DNA of 64,000 nt. Source: Deltaproteobacteria bacterium (GTDB lineage Bacteria > Myxococcota_A > Polyangia > Polyangiales > Houyiibacteriaceae). Below the pieces are notes generated by a model that made no database searches, had not been told where the DNA came from, and saw only the letters and a program-made list of their open reading frames with translations. Of this stretch, positions 55,889 to 64,000 are shown in pieces. The DNA is taken from contig JAXMNT010000036.1 in NCBI GenBank assembly GCA_034670305.1, positions 14,451 through 78,450 of the forward strand, read 5' to 3'. The position numbers and the translations under genes are program-made. Positions within the stretch are counted from its first letter, which is position 1. The number at the start of each line of letters is the position of its first letter.

Positions 55889-58290
55889 TTCTCAGGAATC
55901 AACGAAAGAAGCGCCCGCACCTGACGCAGCAGCTGGTCTTTGCCGGCTTGTCCCTTCTCGAGCACGCGGGCGGCGCTGCGCTCGAGCGCGACACGTTCTT
56001 CCGCCGTCAGGTCTTTCGCAGTCAAGACCACCACAGGGGTGCCGGCCAGTCGTTCGTCCTTCTGCATCGCCTCCAGGAAGTCGAACCCATCCATCTCGGG
56101 CAACATCAGGTCGAGCAACACCACCTGAGGGTTCGCGGCGCGCATGCGCTCGAGCCCCCGGCGCCCATCCGCCGCTTCCGCGACCGACCACCCTTCCTTC
56201 TCGAGCATGCGCCGCAGCATCTCGCGGGTCTCCGCATCGTCCTCGACCACCAGGATGGTGCGCTGCGCGCCCGCGTACCGCTGGAGCACTTTGACCAGCC
56301 GGTCGCGCTCGATGGGCTTCGAGACGAAGTCGGTCGCACCGAGTGAGAACGCGGTCTCTTTGTCCTCCGCCATCGTGACCATCACGATCGGGATCTTCTC
56401 GGTCTCCGGATCTTCGCGGAGCGCGGTCAGGACGGACCAGCCATTGGTCACCGGCATCATCACGTCGAGTGTGATGAGTGAGGGGCGGTGTTCGCGCGCC
56501 ATCGCCATCCCGGTCGCACCGTCCGGCGCGGTGAGCACCCGGTAACCTTCTTTGATCAAGAATCGCTGGAGCAGATCCCGCGCGACCGCGTCGTCGTCGA
56601 TCACGAGCACGAGCGGCTCCTTCTCGACGATGCGCACCACCTCCGCCTCCATCGTGATGCTCTGTCGCGACGGCGGCCTGCCGCGCACCGGCAGGTACAC
56701 GGTGAAACTCGATCCGACCGCGGCCTCGCTCTCGACCCGAATCGATCCGCCCATCATCTCGGAGAAGTGTTTCGAGATCGCAAGTCCGAGGCCCGTGCCC
56801 CCAAACCGCCGGGTGGTGCTCGCGTCCGCTTGGGTGAACGGCTGAAAGAGTTTGTCGAGGGTCTCGGAGTTCATGCCCACCCCGTCGTCGTGCACGCGAA
56901 AGACCAGCTCTTCCCGGTCGCCGTACGCCGGGCGGCGTTCGATCGTGAGCCGGACCTGGCCGTTCTTGGTGAACTTGCAGGCGTTGGAGAGAAGGTTGAA
57001 GAGAATCTGGCGGAGTTTGGTCGCGTCCGCCCACGTGCGTCCTGCCTGCGTGCCCGCGCGCACGAACCGGTTGCTGTTCTTCTGCGCGAGCGGCGCGATC
57101 GTCGCGGCGACCTCGTCGACCAGTTGGTCGACGTCCACGTCCTCCCAGAGCAGGTCCATCTTGCCCGCTTCGATCTTGGAGAGATCCAGGATGTCGTTGA
57201 TGAGCCGCAGGAGGTGTCTTCCCGCCCGCCGGATCTTCTCGAGGTCCGGCACGAGGTCGTCCTGGCCGACCTCTTCGGCTTCTTCTTGGAGCATCTCGGC
57301 GTAGCCGATGATCGCGTTCAGTGGGGTGCGGAGCTCGTGGCTCATGTTGGCGAGGAACTGACTCTTCGCGCGGCTCGCGGCTTCCGCTGCGTCTTTCGCC
57401 TCGCCGAGCTGCGCCGTCCGTGAGCGCACCTGGTGCTCCAGGTTCTCGAGCAGCTCGTCGATGCGCATCTCTGCGCGCTTGCGCTCCGAGATGTCTTCGA
57501 CCACCCCGACCAACTGTCCGAGCGAATGGTCCGCGGCGTGCTCGGCGAAGATCGCGACCTGCGCCCACACCACGGCACCGTGGCGTTCGACGAACCGCAC
57601 CTCCCGCTTGAGCACGTCGAGCTCGCCGTGCTCGAGCAGCGTGAGCGCCAGGTGCACATCGTTCCGATCGTCCGCGTGGGTCAATGCGCGCACGTCCCGA
57701 CCGGCGAGCGCAGCGTCGCCCCAGCCCACCATCTTCTGGAACGCCTCGTTGGTCTCCTCGAGTTTGCCGCCCTCGCCCGCGATGAACATGCCGACCGGCG
57801 CGCCACGAAAGATCGAGCGGAACCGTTTGACGCTTTCTCGAAGCGCCGCGTCGAATCGTTCTCGGTCGCGGATGTCGCGCACCACGGCGACGAAGTGACG
57901 GGTGTCGCCGATCTCGAACGCGCCGATGCGGACTTCGGTGGGGAACGAGTTGCCGTCCTTCATGAGCGCGCGACTGCGAAAAGTGTGGGGCTCGCCCGGC
58001 GTCATTTGCATGAGCTGCCGCTCGATCTCCTCTGGCGGACGCCCGCGGAAGCTGCTCTCGACGTCGCTCAGACTCAGCTCGAGCAGCGCCTCGCGGCCGT
58101 ACCCGAGCGCCACCGCGGCTTGCCGGTTGGCTTCGAGAATGCGGCCCCGCTCGTCGTGAAGCAGCACTCCGTCGACCACGTCGTCGCTGAGCCGCCGAAG
58201 TCGCACCGCCAGCCCGCGCGCGTCGTTGAGGGCGCGACGCAGAGCGTCGTTTTCCCGCTCGAGTTCGCGGATCCGTGCGTCCTGCTCCAC
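55885..58290 (-). CDS. Cytoplasmic hybrid histidine kinase (2 PAS, HisKA, HATPase, 2 REC)
   Basis: FLANMSHELRTPLN, NLLSNACKFT, DDGVGM, GGTGLGL; two receivers (ITLDVMMP, VLLDLMLP); start uncertain. Confidence 0.95.
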   Translation of the reverse strand: MEQDARIRELERENDALRRALNDARGLAVRLRRLSDDVVDGVLLHDERGRILEANRQAAVALGYGREALLELSLSDVESSFRGRPPEEIERQLMQMTPGEPHTFRSRALMKDGNSFPTEVRIGAFEIGDTRHFVAVVRDIRDRERFDAALRESVKRFRSIFRGAPVGMFIAGEGGKLEETNEAFQKMVGWGDAALAGRDVRALTHADDRNDVHLALTLLEHGELDVLKREVRFVERHGAVVWAQVAIFAEHAADHSLGQLVGVVEDISERKRAEMRIDELLENLEHQVRSRTAQLGEAKDAAEAASRAKSQFLANMSHELRTPLNAIIGYAEMLQEEAEEVGQDDLVPDLEKIRRAGRHLLRLINDILDLSKIEAGKMDLLWEDVDVDQLVDEVAATIAPLAQKNSNRFVRAGTQAGRTWADATKLRQILFNLLSNACKFTKNGQVRLTIERRPAYGDREELVFRVHDDGVGMNSETLDKLFQPFTQADASTTRRFGGTGLGLAISKHFSEMMGGSIRVESEAAVGSSFTVYLPVRGRPPSRQSITMEAEVVRIVEKEPLVLVIDDDAVARDLLQRFLIKEGYRVLTAPDGATGMAMAREHRPSLITLDVMMPVTNGWSVLTALREDPETEKIPIVMVTMAEDKETAFSLGATDFVSKPIERDRLVKVLQRYAGAQRTILVVEDDAETREMLRRMLEKEGWSVAEAADGRRGLERMRAANPQVVLLDLMLPEMDGFDFLEAMQKDERLAGTPVVVLTAKDLTAEERVALERSAARVLEKGQAGKDQLLRQVRALLSLIPEN

Positions 58291-58352
58291 GCGCCCGAAG
58301 GTACTAGATGTGCGGCCGGCCCACCGGAGTTCTCTCGTGCGGGACCGGGTGC

Positions 58353-59714
58353 TTACGCGTCCACCAGCGACTCGACGTCGTGGGCGCTCCGAGCGAGTCC
58401 GTCGGTCAACACCCGGGGGGCACCTTCGGTGATGAGCACATCGTCTTCGATTCGAATGCCGCGCACGTCTGCGAACTTCGCCAAGCGTTCGTGATCCACG
58501 CGGTCCCCGCCGATGGCGCGAAGCTTCGGGTTCTCGAGGATCGCCGGGACCCGATAGAACCCCGGCTCGATCGTGACCGCCATGCCCGCTTCGAGGTCGC
58601 GGTCCAGGCGGAGGTAGCCGAGCCCAAACTGTGTGCTGCGGGTGCGGTCTGGCGCGTAGCCGGCTTCGTCGCCCAGATCTTCCATGTCGTGCACGTCCAG
58701 CCCGATGAGGTGGCCGACCCCGTGCGGGAAGAACAGGGCGTGTACTCCGTCGGCGACGAGCTCGTCCGGGTCTCCGCGAAGGATGCCGAGATCGACGAGC
58801 CCGGACGCGAGCACCCGGCACGCCTCCAGATGCACGTCGCGGTAGCGGGTGCCGGGCACGCACCGCGCGACCGCCGCCGTGTGGGATGCGAGCACGGCGT
58901 CGTAGACCTCACGCTGGGTCGAGGAGAACGTGCCGGACACCGGCCACGTGCGGGTCACGTCACCGGCGAACCCCGCTTCGGTCTCCGCGCCGACATCGGC
59001 CAAGAGCAGGTCGCCAGCCTTCGTGACTGCGGTCTGGCCGCGGTTGTGGAGCACCTCGCCCCGAATGGTGACGATGGGTTCGTAACTCGTGCCCATGCCG
59101 CGCCGGTGCAGCGCGTACTCCATGGCGGCCCGGATCTCCCGCTCGTGTACGCCCGGCCGCGTGATCGCCATGCCCGCGCGGTGCGCTTCGACCGTCGCCT
59201 CCGCCGCCTGCTCGAGCTCCGAGATCGCGTGTGCGTCGTGCCGCGAGCGGCAGCCGATGATGGCGCGACGGACCACCCGATCGCGTTCGGTCGGCCCGTG
59301 GCTGTTGCGCCCCAGCCGCAAACACATCTGGCTCCGGCTGATGGATCCAGGGGCGAAGAGCACGCCGGCCGCGCCGTCGAGTTCCGGCATCTGCGAGAGC
59401 GGACGGACCGGTAGACCCAGCCGGTCGCCGAGCTCCTCGAACGACGGCGTCGGACCGTGCCAGAGCGCGTCGTCCTTCGATTTCGCGGGGGCGTAGATGG
59501 CCACGTCGTCGGCCCGCACGAGACACGCGCCCTCCATCGGCAGACCGACGAGATACAGAAAGTGGCTGGAGGCGCGGAACGGATACGTGTTGGCCGCGTA
59601 GTTGCGCGGACACTCGAGTCCCGCGTCCACGACCGCCGGGCCCTTGAAGGCACCGAAGAACGCAGTGCGGCGCGCGGCGAACGGCGCCGAGTCGAAATCG
59701 GACGGAAGATGCAT
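58353..59714 (-). CDS. pepP: Xaa-Pro aminopeptidase (M24B)
   Basis: LLADVGAE..GDVTRT, HGVGHLIGLDVHD, TIEPGFY, GIRIEDD. Confidence 0.92.
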   Translation of the reverse strand: MHLPSDFDSAPFAARRTAFFGAFKGPAVVDAGLECPRNYAANTYPFRASSHFLYLVGLPMEGACLVRADDVAIYAPAKSKDDALWHGPTPSFEELGDRLGLPVRPLSQMPELDGAAGVLFAPGSISRSQMCLRLGRNSHGPTERDRVVRRAIIGCRSRHDAHAISELEQAAEATVEAHRAGMAITRPGVHEREIRAAMEYALHRRGMGTSYEPIVTIRGEVLHNRGQTAVTKAGDLLLADVGAETEAGFAGDVTRTWPVSGTFSSTQREVYDAVLASHTAAVARCVPGTRYRDVHLEACRVLASGLVDLGILRGDPDELVADGVHALFFPHGVGHLIGLDVHDMEDLGDEAGYAPDRTRSTQFGLGYLRLDRDLEAGMAVTIEPGFYRVPAILENPKLRAIGGDRVDHERLAKFADVRGIRIEDDVLITEGAPRVLTDGLARSAHDVESLVDA

Positions 59715-59718
59715 CGGT

Positions 59719-61032
59719 TCAGCCTGGGACGATGCGGCGGAGGGAACCGTCGAGGAACACGATGAAGAGGTCGCCGTGTCCGTTCTGTCCGAACGAGACG
59801 AGGTTGCTGCCGCCAAAGCTCAGGTCGTCGATGCGCTCGTGGTCCTGCAACGCGCCTTCGCAGGTCCGGATCGCGGCGACCGAGGGGCTGCAGTAATCCC
59901 CGTAGAGGTACCAACCCTGAAGCGCCGGGATCCCGGTGCCGCGGTACACGTAGCCGCCGGTGACCGAGCAGCCCTGCTGGATCGGTTCGTCGTCGCGCCC
60001 CTGCCGGTAGTCGATGATCGGTTCGAAGTGATCCGGCACCATCGACACGAGCCCTTCGTCGAAGACCGAGAAGCCCTCGTACGCGCGCCAACCAAGGTTC
60101 GCGCCTGGCGCGATCGGCGAGGGCATCCAGGTGATCTCCTCGAAGGAGCCCTGGCCCACGTCGCCGATCCACAGGTCGCCGGTGCTGCGATCGAAGCTGA
60201 ACCGCCACGGGTTCCGAATGCCGTACGCCCAGATCTGCGTGCGCCCATCCGAACCATCGAACGGGTTGCCCGCGGCTGCGTAAGAGGGGCCAGCGTCGAC
60301 GTCGAGTCGGAGGATCGAACCGAAGAGGGTCTGGGTGTTCAGCCCGTTGCCGGTGGGGCCGTGTCGATCGCCGCCGCCACCTTCGTCGCCCATGCCGACG
60401 TACAGATACCCATCCGGTCCGAACGCGATCATGCCGCCGTTGTGGTTCGACTCCGAGTCGTTCTCGTCGATCAGCGTCGCGACCGCCGTGCTGTCCGCCC
60501 GGTATGGGTCGTCGTCCGAGCGGCGGTACTCACGGACGGTGTTGCGCCGCGGACCCGAAGGCGTGACGTAGACGAAGAAGCGACCGTTCAGTGCGTAGTC
60601 GGGATGGAACGCCAGTCCGAGCAAGCCCTGTTCGCCATCGGTGAGCAGGCCGCCGATGTCGAGGAAGTTCTGATCGCGCACCGTGGTGCCGCCTTCGACC
60701 ACCCGGATCGCGCCACCCTTCTCCACCACGTAGAGCGTGTCGTCGTCGCCGGGCGCCGAAGTCACGAACACCGGCGACCGGAAGCGCGCCACGTCTTCGA
60801 GGGCCAGGCTCGGAAGTGCGGCGGTCGAACACGCCGTCGGTCCGGAGTCGATGCCTGGTGCGTCGGCGGTCGGAGCATCGGTGCCTGGGGCGTCGGTGCC
60901 GGGCGCATCGACACCCGGCGCATCGGCCCGGGGTGCGTCGGCGCGCGGGCCGGCATCCGAGCTGCCGTCGTCGTCGCCGCAGCCAAAGGCACAGAGTCCC
61001 AGGAGGAGCAGAGAAAGGGGTCGAACCGTCAT
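59719..61032 (-). CDS. PQQ-dependent sugar dehydrogenase family (GSDH) lipoprotein
   Basis: AFGC lipobox; EQGLLGLAFHP, NHNGG, FGPDGYLY, GIRNPWR, DVGQ. Confidence 0.93.
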   Translation of the reverse strand: MTVRPLSLLLLGLCAFGCGDDDGSSDAGPRADAPRADAPGVDAPGTDAPGTDAPTADAPGIDSGPTACSTAALPSLALEDVARFRSPVFVTSAPGDDDTLYVVEKGGAIRVVEGGTTVRDQNFLDIGGLLTDGEQGLLGLAFHPDYALNGRFFVYVTPSGPRRNTVREYRRSDDDPYRADSTAVATLIDENDSESNHNGGMIAFGPDGYLYVGMGDEGGGGDRHGPTGNGLNTQTLFGSILRLDVDAGPSYAAAGNPFDGSDGRTQIWAYGIRNPWRFSFDRSTGDLWIGDVGQGSFEEITWMPSPIAPGANLGWRAYEGFSVFDEGLVSMVPDHFEPIIDYRQGRDDEPIQQGCSVTGGYVYRGTGIPALQGWYLYGDYCSPSVAAIRTCEGALQDHERIDDLSFGGSNLVSFGQNGHGDLFIVFLDGSLRRIVPG

Positions 61033-61083
61033 GGCCGTAGCTTGAACGGCTCTGACCAGGATCACCAGCGCGGGTTCCCCAGT

Positions 61084-61166
61084 GGCACCAGTGCGGGCAC
61101 CAGTGCGGGCACCAGTGCGGGCACCAGTGCGGGGCACGGGGCTCGAACGCTTGCCAGTGCGGGCAC
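61084..61166. repeat. 12-bp tandem repeat GGCACCAGTGCG x4 plus one detached copy
   Basis: 61084-61131 and 61154-61166, in a divergent promoter region. Confidence 0.93.
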
Positions 61167-61187
61167 GGCCGGGGTAAGCCCCCCGCC

Positions 61188-63008
61188 ATGACGGACACCC
61201 CTGCGGTTCCCACCGACGGCACCGACCCGCCGGCACGCCCCAACGACGCGCCTTACCGCGAGATCACGTTCAGCGCGGTCGTGCTCGGCGTGATTCAGGG
61301 CGCGATCATGACGGCTTCGTTCGTCTACATCGGGCTCAAACTCGGTTTTGGCCTCTCCGGTTCCACGGTGGCCGCGATTCTCGGCTTCGCGCTCTTGCGG
61401 GGGGTCGGACGCGGGGTGCTCAAGATCCCGGGCGCCGGTTCCATCGTCGAGAACAACATCAACCAGACGATCGCGTCGGGCATCAACACCGCGTCGGCCG
61501 GTGTCACGTTCACGTTCCCGGCGCTCTACCTGCTCGGCTTGCAGGACCAGATCGACTTCAAGTTGGCGATCCTCGCTGCCGTGGCCGGCTCGTTCATGGG
61601 CATCGTGATCATCATCCCGCTCCGCAAGCAGATGATCGAGATCGAGCGGCTGAAGTTCCCCTCGGGCGTCGCGGTCGCGACGATCCTGAAGTCGCCCGGC
61701 GCCGGCGCGGCCAAAGCCAAGCGCCTCGGCATCGGGTTCGCGGTGGCCGTCGGCATCACGCTCAGCACGACCTACGAACTGCTTCCAGAGACCCTCGAGA
61801 TCGGATCGTGGTTCCTCGAGGATCCAGAGACCGCCGGGGGCTGGAGCGGCATCCTGGCGCTCGGCACCTCGCTCTCGCTCTCGATGGCGAACTTCGGCGC
61901 CGGCCTGCTCAGCGGTCGCGGCGGCCTCGCGTTCGCGGTCGGCGGCGTGCTCAGCTGGTGGATCATCGCGCCCTTCATCGTCGGCCAAGGCTTCATCGCA
62001 CCCGGCCCCGAAGGTGTCCTGCCCACCGGCGGCGATCTCTGGGGCGCCGTCTACTTCGGTTCTTTGCGTCCCGTCGGCATCGGCGTCTTGATCGGCGGTG
62101 CACTGGCCGGCGTGGTCATGAGCTACCCGGCGCTCAAGGGCGCGATCAAGAGCCTGCGCTCCGCCGCCAAACTCGCGAAGCAAGGCGCGAGCACGGATGA
62201 GCTGCCGCCGAAGATTCTCGTCTTCGGTCTCATCGCTTCCTTCGCCGCCCTCTTCGTGGTCGCGTTCCTCGGCAGCGACGGAGCCATTGCGATGGCCCTG
62301 AGCGTCGCCGCCGCGGGCACCATCTGGCTCGGACTCGCGGGCCTCATCGTCGCGCAGGCGACCGGCGCGACCGACATCTCGCCGCTCTCGGGACTCGCGC
62401 TCATCGCGGTGACGCTCATGCTCGCGCTCACCGCGAACAACGTGCTGCTCGCAGTCACCATCGGCATCGCGGTGTGCGTCGCGACCAACCAGTGCGCCGA
62501 CATGATGAGCGACCTCAAGACCGGCCACCTGGTCGGCGGCGTGCCGCGCAAGCAGCAGCTGGTGCAGTTCGGCGTGGCGTGGGTCGGACCCGCGATCGCG
62601 ATCGGCACCGTCGCCCTGCTCTGGGCGGGTGGCGAGAACGGCACCGGCGGCTTCGGCGAAGGCACCGCCCTCCCCGCACCGCAGGCCGGCGCGCTCAAGG
62701 GCATGGTCGAAGGCGTCGTGCAGGGGAACGCCCCGCTCGACAAGTACGTCGCGGGTGCCGTCATCGGCGGCAGCCTCGCGCTCTTTCCCATCGCGGGCCT
62801 CGGCGTCTTGATCGGCTTGGCCATGTACCTGCCGTTCGAGATCACCCTCGGCTACGGCATCGGTTGCGTCACCTCGATGCTGCTGGAGAAGAAGCTTGGG
62901 CGACGGTTCTACGGCGACTTCATCGTGCCGGTGGCCGCGGGCTTCATCGTGGGTGAAGCGCTCACGAGCCTGACGATAACGATGGTCAAACTGGCAGGGG
63001 GCTCGTGA
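61188..63008 (+). CDS. OPT/YSL family oligopeptide transporter
   Basis: ENNINQTIAS, IIPLRKQMI..LKFPSG, DMMSDLKTGHLVG, LPAPQA. Confidence 0.93.
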   Translation: MTDTPAVPTDGTDPPARPNDAPYREITFSAVVLGVIQGAIMTASFVYIGLKLGFGLSGSTVAAILGFALLRGVGRGVLKIPGAGSIVENNINQTIASGINTASAGVTFTFPALYLLGLQDQIDFKLAILAAVAGSFMGIVIIIPLRKQMIEIERLKFPSGVAVATILKSPGAGAAKAKRLGIGFAVAVGITLSTTYELLPETLEIGSWFLEDPETAGGWSGILALGTSLSLSMANFGAGLLSGRGGLAFAVGGVLSWWIIAPFIVGQGFIAPGPEGVLPTGGDLWGAVYFGSLRPVGIGVLIGGALAGVVMSYPALKGAIKSLRSAAKLAKQGASTDELPPKILVFGLIASFAALFVVAFLGSDGAIAMALSVAAAGTIWLGLAGLIVAQATGATDISPLSGLALIAVTLMLALTANNVLLAVTIGIAVCVATNQCADMMSDLKTGHLVGGVPRKQQLVQFGVAWVGPAIAIGTVALLWAGGENGTGGFGEGTALPAPQAGALKGMVEGVVQGNAPLDKYVAGAVIGGSLALFPIAGLGVLIGLAMYLPFEITLGYGIGCVTSMLLEKKLGRRFYGDFIVPVAAGFIVGEALTSLTITMVKLAGGS

Positions 63009-63616
63009 TGAACCCGATGAAGCTCATTGGATTTCTGATCTTCGTCGCGGGTCTCACCGTGGCGGGCTGGTTCGCGTCCTACGTACCGCGCGGCGAGGAG
63101 CTCGTGGGGCTCGCCCGCATCAAGGTGTGGTTCGGCCAGGCGGGCGTCTGGTTCCTGCTCGGCATCGGCGCGATGGTCGTGGGCGGTCTGTTGGCGCGCC
63201 GCGCGAACAAGGCTCCGGCGGCATCCGACGCTGGAGGCGACAAGGACGGCGGCGCCTACCGCGGTGGGTCGGGCCCCAAACACGTACTCGCGCTGCTCGA
63301 CGAGATCGCCAGCACGCTCGAACCGCTGAGCGCCAGCGGACTTCCCGAAGGCAGCAAGAAGCTCGCCGACACCCTCGATGCCTTGCTCGCCGACACGGTG
63401 CCAGACTTTCTCGACCAGCGAGAACTGCTGATCGACAAACTCGGCCTGGAGACGTTCGCCGAGATGATCGGACACTTCGCTTCGATGGAACGAGGCGCGG
63501 CCCGAGCATGGAGCGCGCTCACCGACGAGGTGTACTCGGAAGTGGAGCCCAGTCTGCAGAAGGCCAAAGACGGCATCGCGGCCGCCCAAGAGATCGCACG
63601 GGCCGCGCTCGCCTGA
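63005..63616 (+). CDS. Hypothetical membrane protein, coupled to the OPT gene
   Basis: Two N-terminal TM helices and a helical C-domain (FASMERGAARAWSALTD); GTGA overlap. Confidence 0.75.
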   Translation: MMNPMKLIGFLIFVAGLTVAGWFASYVPRGEELVGLARIKVWFGQAGVWFLLGIGAMVVGGLLARRANKAPAASDAGGDKDGGAYRGGSGPKHVLALLDEIASTLEPLSASGLPEGSKKLADTLDALLADTVPDFLDQRELLIDKLGLETFAEMIGHFASMERGAARAWSALTDEVYSEVEPSLQKAKDGIAAAQEIARAALA

Positions 63617-63899
63617 GGTCGGCACCGAGCGGCTCGCGACCATGCCGTCACCTGTTGCGGGGTGGATGGCCTCAACCGCTTCGACCAGCCAATAGGGAGG
63701 CGGGGTTCCGGCGCGAAGGCGTTTCTCCAGCGGACCGGGCCAGCGGCGCTGCGAGGGGGCTTGTTGCCAATGCAGCATGCTGCTGCACCGCTTGAACTGC
63801 CGTGTTCGAAGCGGCGCCGTTCGTTGCCCGGCTCTGGGCTGAGGCGCAGCGCCGGGCTCCGCTCCGTGTGGTTGAGAAGTGGCTGCGCTTGAAGCGTGG

Positions 63900-64000
63900 T
63901 CAGCGTCGAGGGCCGGGGACGTCGTCGATGGGGATCCTCCCGCGCTTTCTCCATCCGACCCGGAGTAACCAGGTGCCGGCTCTTGGCATCCTCGGGGCGC
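63900..64000 (-). CDS. Possible 3' end of an IS200/RAYT-type (Y1 HUH) transposase entering from outside the window
   Basis: Minus frame ...MPRAGTWLLRVGWRKRGRIPIDDVPGPRR* resembles, from memory, the TWLLxxGWxxxGxI tail of myxobacterial Y1 transposases; only 32 codons are visible. Confidence 0.4.
   Translation of the reverse strand, partial: APRMPRAGTWLLRVGWRKRGRIPIDDVPGPRR

Overview
Very GC-rich (roughly 70% by eye) bacterial chromosome segment. Gene content (MYXO-CTERM protein, eukaryotic-type Ser/Thr kinases, PEGA/DUF4388/AgmX-like domains, many Cys-rich lipoproteins, a DigR-like regulator) points to Myxococcota, probably Polyangiales (inference). It holds about 50 CDS, including housekeeping genes (alaS, recN, rsmB, bioB, pepP-like, thiolase, Pit/DUF47, APC and OPT transporters), and one tRNA-Pro(CGG). 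No CRISPR array, rRNA or integrase was seen. The most unusual signal is non-coding. Nine gene 3' ends are followed by a short hairpin, often an inverted copy of the gene's own last codons, and then a C-rich (CCCTTG/CCCGTG/CCCCTG)n array whose complement is a G-quadruplex-type (GGGCAA)n. Between convergent genes these modules face each other and bracket unrelated inserts. Long (GGCTTC)n arrays, stop-codon-anchored tandem duplications and two copies of an IS5-like MITE at CTAG add to the picture. Notable proteins are an OB-fold/Rnl2 hybrid RNA ligase, a temptin-like domain carrying CxxCH on an EGF stalk, an integrin-beta-like vWA lipoprotein and a tandem (4x CxxCH) DHOR protein. All family calls come from motif recognition only; no searches were run.
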